Source of the DNA: Pseudomonadota bacterium
GTDB taxonomy: Bacteria > Pseudomonadota > Alphaproteobacteria > Caulobacterales > Parvularculaceae
Assembly: GCA_038534195.1 (NCBI GenBank)
Contig: JBCAXE010000014.1
Location: 2,604 to 66,603 of the forward strand
DNA length: 64,000 nucleotides
Reading direction: 5' to 3'
Shown here: positions 27,576 through 37,746 of the stretch, piece after piece
Layout: each line of letters starts with the position of its first letter
Numbering within the stretch: position 1 is the first letter of the stretch
Translations under genes and position numbers: made by a program
Notes under the pieces: model-generated
What the model was told of the DNA's origin: nothing
Databases searched by the model: none
Seen by the model: the letters and a program-made list of their open reading frames with translations, nothing else

Positions 27576-29027
27576 GTGAGTGTCGGCCAAGCGTTATCAA
27601 ACGCGCTTTCAGGATTATCGGCCGCTGGTCGGAGAGCGAGCGTAACGGCGAACAACATCGCTAACGCTCAAACTGAAGGCTTCGCTGCGCGACGCGTTGA
27701 TCTCGCCGAACGCGTAACGGCTGGGGTCGGCGCTGGCGTCGAGGTGGCTGGCGTACAACGGGCCGTCGCCCCCGCAGTAACTGCAGAGCGCCGTATTGCG
27801 GATGCGGAACTTGCCGGGGAAGAGGCGGCGGCGGAGGCGTTATCGCGGATCGTCGATCGCATCGGCGATCCTGAGGACGCGCGTTCCCTGGTTCAAGTTT
27901 TTGGACGTTTCGAACGCGCGTTGAGCGCGTTGGCGAACACGCCGGATGACGGCGCGTTGCAGTCAGGAGCGGTGCGCGCTGCGAACGGCGTCGCCGGATC
28001 TCTGAATGCGCTGTCGAATGAGATTCAGCAATCGCGCGTTGATGCCGACGCCAGGATTGAGCGGAGCGTCGAAGATGTGAATAATTCGTTGCGTCAGATC
28101 GAACGGCTCAATGCGTCCATCGCCAGCGGAGCCGCAAGCAATGCGGATGTCAATGCATTAATTGACGAACGCGCCCGTCTGATCGATCGCGTCAATCAGA
28201 ATATTCCCGTGCGTGCTGTCGAACGCGGCGGCGGGGTTGATCTCGTAACAGCCGAGGGTGTGTTTCTGCTTTCCGGAACCGCAAGACAGCTTTCCTTCAA
28301 GCCGTCGCCCGTCATAACGCCTCAAAATGCCCTTGGGTCTGGCTTGTCCGGTCTTGAAGTGGACGGCGTTGAAATCACGCCGGGCGCTGCGCCGAATGCG
28401 CCACAACAGGGCGCTCTAGCTGGGTTATTCTCCGTGCGCGATCAAATCGCGCCTTCTTTGTCAGCCGCAGTTGACGCCGTCGCCCTTGATGTGGCCGAAC
28501 GCTTCTCCGGCGGAATAGATGCGACCATCGCGTTCGATGCGCCTGGTCTTTTCACCGACGCGGGAGCGCTTGCGACCGAAGTCGGGATAGATGGGCTTGC
28601 GGGACGTTTCGCCGTAAACGCCGCCGTTGACCCTGAGAACGGCGGCGAGGCTCGTCGACTGAGAGATGGTCTCGGCGCCAATGCGCCCGGGCCGGTCGCC
28701 GCTGACGGTCTGCTGCGTGATTTTATCGACGCATTGCGTGAGCCGCGGACGACGCCGTCCGCCCTCGGCGCGTCGCGCGCGCTAAACGCTTCGGAAGCAG
28801 CGGCGTTTTTCACATCTTCCGCCGCTGGTTCGCTCGTTGACGCTGAGGCGGCGCGCGACGCATCCGCTGCATTCGCCGCTAGTCTGCAGGAGGCCGAAAT
28901 CGAACGAACCGGTGTTGATACAGATGCGGAATTACAGAACCTTCTTACAATCGAGCAGGCATATGCAGCGAATGCGCGCGTCATCCAGACCGTCGACCGG
29001 CTGCTGCAAACACTGTTGGAGATTTAG
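27576..29027 (+). CDS. flgK: Hook-associated protein 1 FlgK
   Basis: GTG start. N-terminus ALSGLSAAGRRASVTANNIANAQTEGF and C-terminus LLTIEQAYAANARVIQTVDRLLQTLLEI. It sits between flgE and flgL. Confidence 0.88.
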   Translation: MSVGQALSNALSGLSAAGRRASVTANNIANAQTEGFAARRVDLAERVTAGVGAGVEVAGVQRAVAPAVTAERRIADAELAGEEAAAEALSRIVDRIGDPEDARSLVQVFGRFERALSALANTPDDGALQSGAVRAANGVAGSLNALSNEIQQSRVDADARIERSVEDVNNSLRQIERLNASIASGAASNADVNALIDERARLIDRVNQNIPVRAVERGGGVDLVTAEGVFLLSGTARQLSFKPSPVITPQNALGSGLSGLEVDGVEITPGAAPNAPQQGALAGLFSVRDQIAPSLSAAVDAVALDVAERFSGGIDATIAFDAPGLFTDAGALATEVGIDGLAGRFAVNAAVDPENGGEARRLRDGLGANAPGPVAADGLLRDFIDALREPRTTPSALGASRALNASEAAAFFTSSAAGSLVDAEAARDASAAFAASLQEAEIERTGVDTDAELQNLLTIEQAYAANARVIQTVDRLLQTLLEI

Positions 29028-29030
29028 ACG

Positions 29031-30032
29031 ATGTCCTCTGTAGGATTTCCCGATACGCTTCGTTTTGCACGGCTGTCATCGAACCTTGCTGAAATCCAAG
29101 AACGCAGCGCGCGTTTACGCAGCGAGCTCGTTTCCGGCCGAGTAAGCGACGTCAACCGTGCGCTTGGCGCACGCGCCGGCGATGCGCATCTTATCAGAAA
29201 AGCGATTGATGATGCTGTTGATGCTGCTTCGGCGTCGCAACGCGCTCAGTCGCGTGCATCGGCTTCACAACTTGTCTTGGCGCAGATTGGCGCAGACGCA
29301 TCTGAAATCGGACCAGACGCGACGAGCGCCATCGGCCTTTCCGACGAGGCAAAGCTTGTTGTATCGGGCGAACGGGCGCGCGCTGCGCTAAGTGACGCGT
29401 TCGCGCAACTCAATCAACGTTATGAAGGACGATCGTTATTCGCGGGCGACGCCGTCGATAGTCCGGCGCTCAATGACGTCGATGTACTCCTTGCTGATGT
29501 CGCTGCAATAATTGATAGCGCTCCGGACGTCGCATCAGCGCAAGTCAATCTTGATACTTATTTTAACGATCCCGCTGGCGGGTTTGAAACATCAATCTAT
29601 TTAGGCGGCCTTGGCGACGGTCCCGAGGTGGAACTTTTCGATGGAAGCCGCGTTCAGTACTCCGTTCGTGCAAACGATCAGTCCCTTAAAGATTTATTGC
29701 GGTCATACGCCGAGCTAGCAGTCTCAGCGTCACGCCCGCCGTCCCCCGACCGGAATACGCTCGCTAACGATGCGGCGACTCGCCTGATCGGCGCAGACGC
29801 GGGCTTGGCTCAGACGCGAGCGACATTGGGCGTCGCAGAGGAACGGCTTGCGCAGTCAGTGGAGATCTATGAGGCTGAACAAGGTGCGCTTTCTGGAACC
29901 TATAACGATAGGACGGCAATCGACAGTTTCGAAACGGCGACCGAACTACGCCAGCTTGAGAATCAACTTGAAGCGGCTTTTGTATTGACGGCGCGTATCG
30001 CATCATTGTCGCTCACAAACTTCCTGCGTTGA
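29031..30032 (+). CDS. flgL: Hook-associated protein 3 FlgL
   Basis: 333 aa, flagellin-like coiled-coil termini (LEAAFVLTARIASLSLTNFL). It sits immediately after flgK. Confidence 0.8.
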   Translation: MSSVGFPDTLRFARLSSNLAEIQERSARLRSELVSGRVSDVNRALGARAGDAHLIRKAIDDAVDAASASQRAQSRASASQLVLAQIGADASEIGPDATSAIGLSDEAKLVVSGERARAALSDAFAQLNQRYEGRSLFAGDAVDSPALNDVDVLLADVAAIIDSAPDVASAQVNLDTYFNDPAGGFETSIYLGGLGDGPEVELFDGSRVQYSVRANDQSLKDLLRSYAELAVSASRPPSPDRNTLANDAATRLIGADAGLAQTRATLGVAEERLAQSVEIYEAEQGALSGTYNDRTAIDSFETATELRQLENQLEAAFVLTARIASLSLTNFLR

Positions 30033-30041
30033 GGAGCGGTG

Positions 30042-31148
30042 ATGGCGCTAAGAATATTCCTGTCGATCATCACCGCTCTGATCGCCGTGAGCGCGACGGC
30101 GAATGCGACTGTCCGCATTAAGGACGTTGTGACCTTCGATGGCGTGCGCGGCAACGACCTTGTTGGTTACGGCCTCGTCGTTGGACTTGACGGAACAGGC
30201 GATGGCGTTCGCAACTCACCCTATACAGAAGAATCGTTATCCAGTTTTCTGGAACGTCTTGGCGTAAATGTGACCGGGGAACGATTTCGACCCAGGAACG
30301 TCGCCGCTGTTGTTGTGACAGCGACGCTCCCGCCATTCGCCCGCTCGGGGTCGCAAATCGACGTGACAGTTTCAACGATCGGAGATGCCTCAAACCTCCT
30401 TGGCGGTACGCTGGTGATGACGCCGCTTCGAGCCGCAGACGGCGTAACTTATGCCGTTGCGCAAGGGGCCGTGCTTGCGAGCGGCGTCAGCGCGGACGGT
30501 GACGCGGCGTCGGTCACCTTCGGCGTCCCGACATCGGGCTCCATTCCGCAGGGAGCGCGCATCGAGCGCGAACTTGATTTCGTGTTTAATGAAATGAATC
30601 GTCTTCGATTGGCGTTGAGGTCGCCCGATTTCACAACGGCCAACCGGATAACCGCTGCGATCGTTTCAGAATTCGGTGCGCCTATCGCGAATATTTTGGA
30701 TGCGGGGACGATTGAAATCAGTTTGTCAGAGGCTGGCGTTTCTCCGGTTGAAGCTGTGTCGCGTATCGAAAATCTCGAAATTCAACCTGCGGCCAAGGCG
30801 AAGATTGTAATCGATCAGAAGTCCGGCACGGTGGTGATAGGCGCTGATGTGAAAATTTCACGCTTTGCAGTGACGCAGGGAAGTCTCACCGTACGGGTCA
30901 GAGAACGGCCGGTCGCTTCCCAGCCAAATCCATTCGCGACGAACGGTGAAACGATTACTCTTCCCGATACGGACGTGGCGATCGACGATGGGGGCGCCAA
31001 AAACATTGCAATCGTCGAAGACAATGTTGCGCTTTCTGATTTAATCGAAGGATTAAATGCTTTAGGCGTTTCACCAAAAGACTTAATCGATATTCTGAAG
31101 GCAGTAAAAGCTTCCGGGGCCTTGCACTCAGAACTGGAAATTATCTGA
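30042..31148 (+). CDS. flgI: Flagellar P-ring protein FlgI
   Basis: Signal peptide, then VRIKDVVTFDGVRGNDLVGYGLVVGLDGTGD and C-terminus LNALGVSPKDLIDILKAVKASGALHSELEII. The start is ATG at 30042 (GGAG 6 nt upstream) or GTG at 30039. Confidence 0.95.
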   Translation: MALRIFLSIITALIAVSATANATVRIKDVVTFDGVRGNDLVGYGLVVGLDGTGDGVRNSPYTEESLSSFLERLGVNVTGERFRPRNVAAVVVTATLPPFARSGSQIDVTVSTIGDASNLLGGTLVMTPLRAADGVTYAVAQGAVLASGVSADGDAASVTFGVPTSGSIPQGARIERELDFVFNEMNRLRLALRSPDFTTANRITAAIVSEFGAPIANILDAGTIEISLSEAGVSPVEAVSRIENLEIQPAAKAKIVIDQKSGTVVIGADVKISRFAVTQGSLTVRVRERPVASQPNPFATNGETITLPDTDVAIDDGGAKNIAIVEDNVALSDLIEGLNALGVSPKDLIDILKAVKASGALHSELEII

Positions 31149-31362
31149 ATACTAAATACTGTTGGTGTTGAGAAGTTTCATTCGCGTGCTTGTGTATTTA
31201 CGACCCGACCAAGGCGTAATCGATTAGTGCGTCATTGTCCCGACAGACCCTAATTCTTACGCTTATTATTACGAGAATAATATCATATTATGAGAGAAAT
31301 AGCGTTCTATTAACTTTTTGATATAACTATTGGTTGTGGCGCAAAAGATTTTGCGATCATAG

Positions 31363-32061
31363 GTGGAGCTCTTGCCCAGTGCATGCCTCGCACGGGTTTT
31401 ATCGCGGGAAGGGATTACTGTGGATAACGAAGCGACGCCGGGGACGAATTTACTGTTGGAGCTCGAACGCAATGCATGCGCGGTGAAACCTCGTCGCGTT
31501 CTGGAAAGACGAAAACACTATCGTCGCTTTCTGGAAACGCCGGTGCGGTTTATGACCGATGACGGCGGTGAATTCGACGGCTGCCTACTTGATATCTCCT
31601 TATCGGGATTAAAAATTAGATCGGAGACGCCGCCAGCGATCCAGCAAGATATTGTCCTATATATCAATCGTATCGGCAGGTTCGAGGGCCGTGTCGTCCG
31701 TTGTGAGGGCACGGAATTCGCCCTGGAAATGCGGATGAGTGATCAAAAGCTACTTCGTCTTGAGGAAGCTATTCAGCAATTCCTCGAAGAGGAAGCCCAA
31801 GACGCCGCATACCCAGAACGTCGCGGTGACATAAGCGACCGCCGTGCGCATTCGCGATGTATTCCCTGCATTGATGAATTTGAAGCGCGGACGAGTGGCG
31901 GAAACCAATTCAAGTGTTTTATTGCAAGTATCTCGCTAGATGGGGTTGAGATTGTCACGAAGGCCAAGTTAACCGTTGGGCAGTCGATAATTGTCGGCAA
32001 TGTGGACGGCGTCGTGATGAGAAAAACTGAACGGGGCTACGCGATTAGACGTGTGGACTAA
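31363..32061 (+). CDS. Tandem PilZ-domain protein (putative c-di-GMP receptor)
   Basis: Two PilZ signatures: RRKHYR...DISLSG and RRAHSR...SISLDG. The start is uncertain. GTG at 31363 has no RBS, whereas in-frame GTG at 31420 follows GGGAAGGGA. Confidence 0.7.
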   Translation: MELLPSACLARVLSREGITVDNEATPGTNLLLELERNACAVKPRRVLERRKHYRRFLETPVRFMTDDGGEFDGCLLDISLSGLKIRSETPPAIQQDIVLYINRIGRFEGRVVRCEGTEFALEMRMSDQKLLRLEEAIQQFLEEEAQDAAYPERRGDISDRRAHSRCIPCIDEFEARTSGGNQFKCFIASISLDGVEIVTKAKLTVGQSIIVGNVDGVVMRKTERGYAIRRVD

Positions 32062-32080
32062 CGTGTGGCCTAAAAAAATT

Positions 32081-32548
32081 TCAAGCGATTTCGCTCATTA
32101 ATGCCAATAATTTCGTTCGTATCGATTTACTTTTTATGCGGATAAAAATAGCGAGAATCTTCGATATAGCGGCGGCTTCATCGCTGGACTCTTCATTCAA
32201 ATCTGCTGAAAATTTGTGCGCCTCTTCGGAAAAGCCGCTCGCACTTGTATCTGGCCAAGGCAATATTTCCGTAATCTGGATATCGTAATAGGCTGCTAGC
32301 TTGTACAGAGTAGCCAGGCTGCACTTCGTCGCGCCTTTCTCGTACTTTTGGTATTGTTGCGCACTGACGCCCAAGTGGCTGGCGATGTCAACCTGTTTTT
32401 TACCTTCTGCTTCTCGTAAAGACTTAAGTTTTTCGCCGATCTTAATGTCTATATCATTCGCCAGTTCGATCATTTGATTGCTGGAAGCCGAATCGTCACT
32501 CTTAATATCTGCTTTTTTCCTATGAGGGGGCATTTCGTCCAATTTCAC
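32081..32548 (-). CDS. XRE-family helix-turn-helix transcriptional regulator (155 aa)
   Basis: HTH_3-type core LKSLREAEGKKQVDIASHLGVSAQQYQKYEKGATKCSLATLYKLAAYYD, flanked by acidic N- and C-terminal extensions. Confidence 0.8.
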   Translation of the reverse strand: MKLDEMPPHRKKADIKSDDSASSNQMIELANDIDIKIGEKLKSLREAEGKKQVDIASHLGVSAQQYQKYEKGATKCSLATLYKLAAYYDIQITEILPWPDTSASGFSEEAHKFSADLNEESSDEAAAISKILAIFIRIKSKSIRTKLLALMSEIA

Positions 32549-32720
32549 GACTTTCCGGATTGCAAATAAAAATGGCCTGTCGAAGCATCCAACGCAGGTT
32601 TGATCTTAACACCGCGATTCTCGGAAAAATACCGCAAAACCCTGCTTTTAATCGGTAAATGCGGGTGTTTTACCCGTATGACGACCAAAACATGAGAAAA
32701 ATACTACCATAGATACATTT

Positions 32721-32750
32721 TTGATGATAACACACGTTTAAGTATATAAT
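32721..32750 (+). promoter_or_regulatory. Sigma70-like promoter candidate for the small XRE gene
   Basis: TTGATG (32721-32726), an 18-nt spacer, then TATAAT (32745-32750). It lies about 37 nt upstream of the TTG start, which has a strong AGGAGG RBS. Confidence 0.35.
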
Positions 32751-32787
32751 TGCTCTCATAATAGTACGCCTAGGAGGGGCTGGCGCA

Positions 32788-33087
32788 TTGAAAAACAACC
32801 CTAAAAATGTCGTCGCCGCTGATATAGAAGACGCCTCGGAGCAAGACGAGGCGAAAACCAACGCGTTAATCGGCGCAATTCTTGGCCATCTGCGCCGCGC
32901 AGAGGGGCTAAGTCAGACGAGTTTGGCGGAAAAAATCGGGCTCAGCCGCGAAGAAATCAACGATTTTGAAACTGGCGCGGCGGGCTTGAGCTTTACCGAT
33001 TTGGAAAAAATCGCGCAGGCGCTGAATTTCGAGAGCCGCGATTTTATCGAGTCTGTGGACGCCTATCATCGGCTTTTACGGCGATGA
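32788..33087 (+). CDS. XRE-family helix-turn-helix transcriptional regulator (99 aa)
   Basis: TTG start preceded by TAGGAGGGG. HTH core LRRAEGLSQTSLAEKIGLSREEINDFETGAAGLSFTDLEKIAQAL. Confidence 0.8.
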   Translation: MKNNPKNVVAADIEDASEQDEAKTNALIGAILGHLRRAEGLSQTSLAEKIGLSREEINDFETGAAGLSFTDLEKIAQALNFESRDFIESVDAYHRLLRR

Positions 33088-34258
33088 GATAGGTGGTCGC
33101 GGCGACGGTCGAAAGCAGCAATAGCGACGGAGCGACCAATGAACTTTCCTTGGTTCCAAATCCTAGGGAGATCAGTGGCGCGGCCCATAAAGAGGCTGCA
33201 AGAGCCTGCAATGGTAGTGGCCACGGCGCTTCGCCACGGCAAAGGACAATCAGGCCGGCCGCGATAAGAGGCCAGTCGTAAACCCAGAGAGAAGGGGACG
33301 CAGCGGCTGACGCAAGCAGGGTGACGCCGATTGCGAGATTTTGCGGTAATCGGCGGGCGCTCACCCAAACCACAAGCGCGGCTGCCCCTGTAACGGCGAA
33401 TTGTCCGATAGAGCGCCACGTTGGATCAAAGCCCAGTTTTCCGACGGTTTGATGGATGGTTAGCATATCGACATGGAGCGTCGCAGCGTGTTGAGAATGG
33501 GCGCCGCCCAGCGATTGCACGAAGGCCATCCAGGGATCGATCCCGAAAAATGCGATGGAAAGAAGAACCAGTCCGAAGCTTGTCGTGATCGTCGCAACAA
33601 TCGCGCGCCATTGGCCGGTGGCGGCAAAAAATACAGGCGCGATAAGGCCGAATTGCGGTTTCATGGTCAACAATGCGAGCAATATGCCGGCGGCGATTGG
33701 GCGCCGGCGCGCCAAACTGAGGGCGCAAAACAGCCCAAGCGCGACGAACGGACCGGCCTGAATAACGAGTAGGTGGGCGAACATCGCAGGCGACAACAAA
33801 ATCAGCCATGCGAATGGATGGCCCCGTCCGGCGAGCCGGGCGAGGGCCGCGAACGCCGCAACGCTCAGCGCCAACCAGATGGCTTTCGCAGCCCCGTAAG
33901 GCAGGAGGCCAAGAGGTGTGACAAGCAAAAGAAAGTGCGGCGGGTTAAGCCATAAGAGGCCCGCGCCGTTTGGAGGCAAGCCAGCGCGGAACCGGTCGGA
34001 GTCATAAAGCGCCGCGGCGTCTCCCTGCACCGACATGACGCCGGCGCGCCAGAAAGCCATCAAATCTTCCTTGCTGGCGTTCGCCACGTCGAGCGGGAAC
34101 GAGAAAATCTTGGCGAAGCGCAGATCAATCAGAAGGGCGGTGAAAAGCGCCGCCAGAACAAGTGCCGCAACGAAAAAGCGCCCACCGAAGCGCCTGATCG
34201 CCCAGTCGATATCGATCAGGGCGATGTCTTTTCCTGTTCCCGCGTGGCTGGTCATCAT
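33044..34258 (-). CDS. Polytopic membrane protein, GT-C/DUF2029-like glycosyltransferase candidate
   Basis: 404 aa with about 10 hydrophobic helices. The segment LLALLTMKPQFGLIAPVFFAATGQWRA resembles GT87/DUF2029 proteins. Its 3' end overlaps the convergent XRE gene by 44 nt. Confidence 0.5.
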   Translation of the reverse strand: MMTSHAGTGKDIALIDIDWAIRRFGGRFFVAALVLAALFTALLIDLRFAKIFSFPLDVANASKEDLMAFWRAGVMSVQGDAAALYDSDRFRAGLPPNGAGLLWLNPPHFLLLVTPLGLLPYGAAKAIWLALSVAAFAALARLAGRGHPFAWLILLSPAMFAHLLVIQAGPFVALGLFCALSLARRRPIAAGILLALLTMKPQFGLIAPVFFAATGQWRAIVATITTSFGLVLLSIAFFGIDPWMAFVQSLGGAHSQHAATLHVDMLTIHQTVGKLGFDPTWRSIGQFAVTGAAALVVWVSARRLPQNLAIGVTLLASAAASPSLWVYDWPLIAAGLIVLCRGEAPWPLPLQALAASLWAAPLISLGFGTKESSLVAPSLLLLSTVAATTYLIAVKADDRRPQTR

Positions 34259-34414
34259 GGTAGTTTTGCGCGCAAGCGTTACTACCGGGTTTCCGCTTTT
34301 TTCTAAGCCCCTGGAGCATGGCGAATTAAAGCGTTGCTGCGGCGCCGTTTCCCGTTGCGCAAACCCGCGTAACTGCCTAGTTTCCCGCCAAAATCAACGA
34401 ATGAGGCTGCTCCC

Positions 34415-34810
34415 GTGGCGACACCGGAATTTTTGCTCGATTATCTGCCAATCATCGTCTTTCTCGGCATAGCGGTGGCGCTCTCGCTCGCATTTCTGTT
34501 TTTGCCGATCGTGATCGCGCCGTCGGAGCCGGATCCGGAAAAGAACTCCATTTATGAATGCGGCTTTAACGCCTTTGACGACGCGCGCATGAAATTCGAC
34601 GTGCAGTTTTATATCGTCGCCATTCTTTTCATTATCGTCGACCTTGACGTGGCGTTCCTGTTTCCTTGGGCGGTCACACTGTTCAATCCCGAACTCGGCA
34701 TGGATCGCGGTTTCCAGATTTTTGCGTTCTGGTCGATGTTCGTTTTCTTAGCGGTCTTTGCGATTGGCTTTCTTTACGAATGGAAAAAAGGAGCGCTGGA
34801 ATGGCGCTAG
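34415..34810 (+). CDS. nuoA: NADH-quinone oxidoreductase subunit A
   Basis: GTG start. Motif [41 protein letters not shown]. Confidence 0.95.
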   Translation: MATPEFLLDYLPIIVFLGIAVALSLAFLFLPIVIAPSEPDPEKNSIYECGFNAFDDARMKFDVQFYIVAILFIIVDLDVAFLFPWAVTLFNPELGMDRGFQIFAFWSMFVFLAVFAIGFLYEWKKGALEWR

Positions 34811-35364
34811 ACGATCCGAAAATCGACCAGACGCTCGACAGTCACGGACCCGTTTATCGTCCTGATGCGAAGGATCCGTTTTATTCGGAGCTCTCCGACC
34901 AGTTAGCGGATCGCGGATTTTTCACCGCGCCGGCCGACGCCCTCGTCAACTGGGCGCGTACGGGCTCGCTGATGTGGATGACCTTCGGGCTCGCGTGCTG
35001 CGCGGTTGAGATGATGCAGGCTTCAATGCCGCGGTATGATCTGGAACGCTTCGGCGTTGCGCCGCGCGCGTCCCCCCGCCAGTCCGACGTTATGATCGTC
35101 GCCGGCACATTGACGAATAAAATGGCGCCGGCGCTTCGCAAAGTGTACGACCAGATGCCGAACCCGCGTTACGTGATCTCCATGGGATCATGCGCAAACG
35201 GCGGCGGCTATTACCACTATTCGTACGCGGTGGTTCGCGGTTGCGATCGGATCGTGCCGGTGGATATTTACGTGCCTGGCTGCCCGCCGACGGCGGAGGC
35301 GCTGGTCTATGGAATCCTCCAATTGCAGAAAAAGATCCGGCGGGAAGGGTCGATTGTTCGGTGA
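34801..35364 (+). CDS. nuoB: NADH-quinone oxidoreductase subunit B
   Basis: Starts MALDDPKID. Motifs [10 protein letters not shown] and [16 protein letters not shown]...[11 protein letters not shown] (N2 cluster ligands). The track ORF's 5' extension overlaps nuoA and is rejected. Confidence 0.96.
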   Translation: MALDDPKIDQTLDSHGPVYRPDAKDPFYSELSDQLADRGFFTAPADALVNWARTGSLMWMTFGLACCAVEMMQASMPRYDLERFGVAPRASPRQSDVMIVAGTLTNKMAPALRKVYDQMPNPRYVISMGSCANGGGYYHYSYAVVRGCDRIVPVDIYVPGCPPTAEALVYGILQLQKKIRREGSIVR

Positions 35365-35441
35365 ATTTGCCATCGGATCAAGCTCGACACTGCGTACAAA
35401 GTGCGGCGCAAAACCAAGCCTCGAACGATGAGGGCTAACGA

Positions 35442-36050
35442 ATGTCTGACGAACTCAAAGAACTGGCCGACCATATCTCCGCGTCAATTGACGATGATGT
35501 GCGCAAAACATCGGTCGCCCATGGCGAGCTGACGATTGAGGCGCGGCCTGATCGTATCGTACAGGTCTTGAAATTCCTGCGCGATGACACGGTCTGCCGG
35601 TTCATCCAGCTAATTGATCTGTGCGGCGTCGATTACCCGACACGCGGCAAGCGCTTTGACGTCGTCTATCATTTGCTGTCGATGCACAATAATCAGCGCA
35701 TTCGCGTTAAAGCGAAGCTTGGTGAAGAGGAAACGATCCCGTCGGTGATCGGCGTCTTTCCTTGCGCCAACTGGTTTGAACGTGAGGCGTTCGACATGTA
35801 TGGCATTGTCTTTACGGGACATCCGGATATGCGCCGCCTGCTGACGGATTATGGTTTTGAGGGCTATCCGCTCCGTAAAGATTTTCCGCTCACAGGATAC
35901 AACGAAGTACGTTACGACGATCAGGAAAAGCGCGTCATCTACGAGCCGGTAAAGCTTGTGCAGGAATACCGGAATTTCGATTACCTCTCCCCATGGGAAG
36001 GGGCGCAATATGTGATCCCCGGTGATGAAAAAGCCGAGGAGAAAGCCTGA
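35442..36050 (+). CDS. nuoC: NADH-quinone oxidoreductase subunit C
   Basis: 202 aa with motif [44 protein letters not shown]. Confidence 0.95.
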   Translation: MSDELKELADHISASIDDDVRKTSVAHGELTIEARPDRIVQVLKFLRDDTVCRFIQLIDLCGVDYPTRGKRFDVVYHLLSMHNNQRIRVKAKLGEEETIPSVIGVFPCANWFEREAFDMYGIVFTGHPDMRRLLTDYGFEGYPLRKDFPLTGYNEVRYDDQEKRVIYEPVKLVQEYRNFDYLSPWEGAQYVIPGDEKAEEKA

Positions 36051-36487
36051 TGGCGGATATGTCGGGCCAGTGTCTGTGCGGCGCCGTGAAATTCACTTGC
36101 GCGCCGAAACCGCATGATGACGGCGTTCACATCGACGCTTGCCATTGCGGCATGTGTCGGCGCCTCGTGGGCGGCCCGCTTCTGGGGGTTACGCTTGCCG
36201 CGCCCCCGACAGTGGAAGATGAGACGCAGTTGGCGATTTATGGATCGTCCGATTGGGCGGAGCGCCTTTTCTGCAAGACGTGCGGATCAAACCTGTTTTA
36301 CCGGATGAAAGACGGGGGTCTTTACACGGTTATCGCCGGCGCGCTTGATGATTTGTCCGGCGCGAAATTGACTCTTGAGATTTTTACCGACGAAAAACCC
36401 GCTTATTACGATTTCGCTCAAAAGACGAAGAAAATGACCGGCGCCGAAGTCATGGCGGCGTTCGCAAGCGGAGAAAGCGCTTCTTAA
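36050..36487 (+). CDS. GFA-family (CENP-V/glutathione-dependent formaldehyde-activating-like) Cys-rich protein inserted between nuoC and nuoD
   Basis: Cys pattern CLCGAV...CHCGMCRR...[10 protein letters not shown] is typical of the GFA fold. The ATG overlaps the nuoC stop by 1 nt (TGATG). Confidence 0.75.
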   Translation: MADMSGQCLCGAVKFTCAPKPHDDGVHIDACHCGMCRRLVGGPLLGVTLAAPPTVEDETQLAIYGSSDWAERLFCKTCGSNLFYRMKDGGLYTVIAGALDDLSGAKLTLEIFTDEKPAYYDFAQKTKKMTGAEVMAAFASGESAS

Positions 36488-36488
36488 G

Positions 36489-37718
36489 ATGGCTGACGGC
36501 ACACGCACAATCATTGTCGAGGACTCCGCCTCGGACGCTTCGTCCGAGCGTAATTTCACGATCAATTTCGGCCCGCAGCACCCGGCCGCGCACGGCGTTT
36601 TGCGGCTGGTCCTGGAGCTTGACGGCGAAGTGGTGGAGCGCGTCGACCCGCATATTGGCCTTCTCCATCGCGGCACCGAAAAGCTGATCGAACATAAGAC
36701 CTACCTGCAGGCGATCCCGTATTTCGACCGGCTCGATTATGTGGCGCCGATGAATCAGGAGCATGCGTTTTGCCTCGCGGCAGAAAAGCTTTTGGGGATC
36801 GAGGCGCCACGGCGCGCGCAACATATCCGCGTACTGTTTTCCGAGATTGGCCGACTCCTGTCGCATATCCTGAATGTGACGACTCAGGCGTTGGATGTGG
36901 GCGCGTTGACGCCGCCGCTGTGGGGATTTGAGGAACGCGAAAAGCTCATGGTTTTCTATGAGCGCGCCTCCGGCAGCCGCATGCATGCGGCTTACTTCCG
37001 CGTTGGCGGCGTTCATCAGGATTTGCCGGACGAACTCTTGAACGACATCGAAGCCTGGTGCGACGAGTTTCCGAAGGTGATGGCGGACATTGAAAAGCTC
37101 ATCACCGGCAATCGCATTTTCAAGCAGCGCAACGCGGAAATCGGCGTTGTCACGAAAGAAGAAGCGTTCGAGTGGGGCTTCACCGGTGTTATGGTCCGCG
37201 GCTCCGGCGTGCCGTGGGATTTGCGCAAATCCCAGCCCTATGAGACCTATGCGGAGTATGATTTCGATATTCCGCTCGGCAAGAACGGTGACTGTTATGA
37301 CCGCTATCTCTGCCGCATGGAAGAAATGATCCAGTCGCTTTCCATTATGAAGCAGGCGATCGCGAAAATCCGCGAGGAAGGGCCGGGCCCCGTAATGACG
37401 ACCGACGGCAAGGTCGCGCCGCCGCGCCGCGACAAGATGAAAGGATCGATGGAAGCGTTAATCCATCACTTTAAGCTTTACACGGAAGGCTTTCATGTGC
37501 CGGAAGGCGAAGTCTATGCGGCGGTGGAAGCGCCAAAAGGCGAATTTGGCGTTTATCTCGTCTCCGACGGGACCAATAAGCCCTACCGCTGTAAAATCCG
37601 CGCACCAGGTTACGCCCATCTCCAGGCCATGGACTGGATGAATCGTGGGCATTTGTTGTCGGACGTTTCGGCGATTATCGGCTCGCTTGATATCGTCTTT
37701 GGGGAGATTGATCGGTAA
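36489..37718 (+). CDS. nuoD: NADH-quinone oxidoreductase subunit D
   Basis: 409 aa with [36 protein letters not shown] and the C-terminal [12 protein letters not shown]. Confidence 0.97.
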   Translation: MADGTRTIIVEDSASDASSERNFTINFGPQHPAAHGVLRLVLELDGEVVERVDPHIGLLHRGTEKLIEHKTYLQAIPYFDRLDYVAPMNQEHAFCLAAEKLLGIEAPRRAQHIRVLFSEIGRLLSHILNVTTQALDVGALTPPLWGFEEREKLMVFYERASGSRMHAAYFRVGGVHQDLPDELLNDIEAWCDEFPKVMADIEKLITGNRIFKQRNAEIGVVTKEEAFEWGFTGVMVRGSGVPWDLRKSQPYETYAEYDFDIPLGKNGDCYDRYLCRMEEMIQSLSIMKQAIAKIREEGPGPVMTTDGKVAPPRRDKMKGSMEALIHHFKLYTEGFHVPEGEVYAAVEAPKGEFGVYLVSDGTNKPYRCKIRAPGYAHLQAMDWMNRGHLLSDVSAIIGSLDIVFGEIDR

Positions 37719-37746
37719 CATTCGTCGTTAGCGGCCGATCCTTACG

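Noticed and set aside
31266-31285. AT-only inverted repeat TATTATT-N5-AATAATA downstream of flgI as a terminator or sRNA hairpin
   Set aside because: A pure A/T 7-bp stem is thermodynamically weak, and such repeats are expected in this AT-rich stretch. The overlapping 67-aa minus ORF (31269-31472) also looks spurious.
34666-34800. 45-codon extension of nuoB overlapping nuoA
   Set aside because: It lies entirely inside nuoA in another frame. The conserved NuoB sequence starts at MALDDP (34801).
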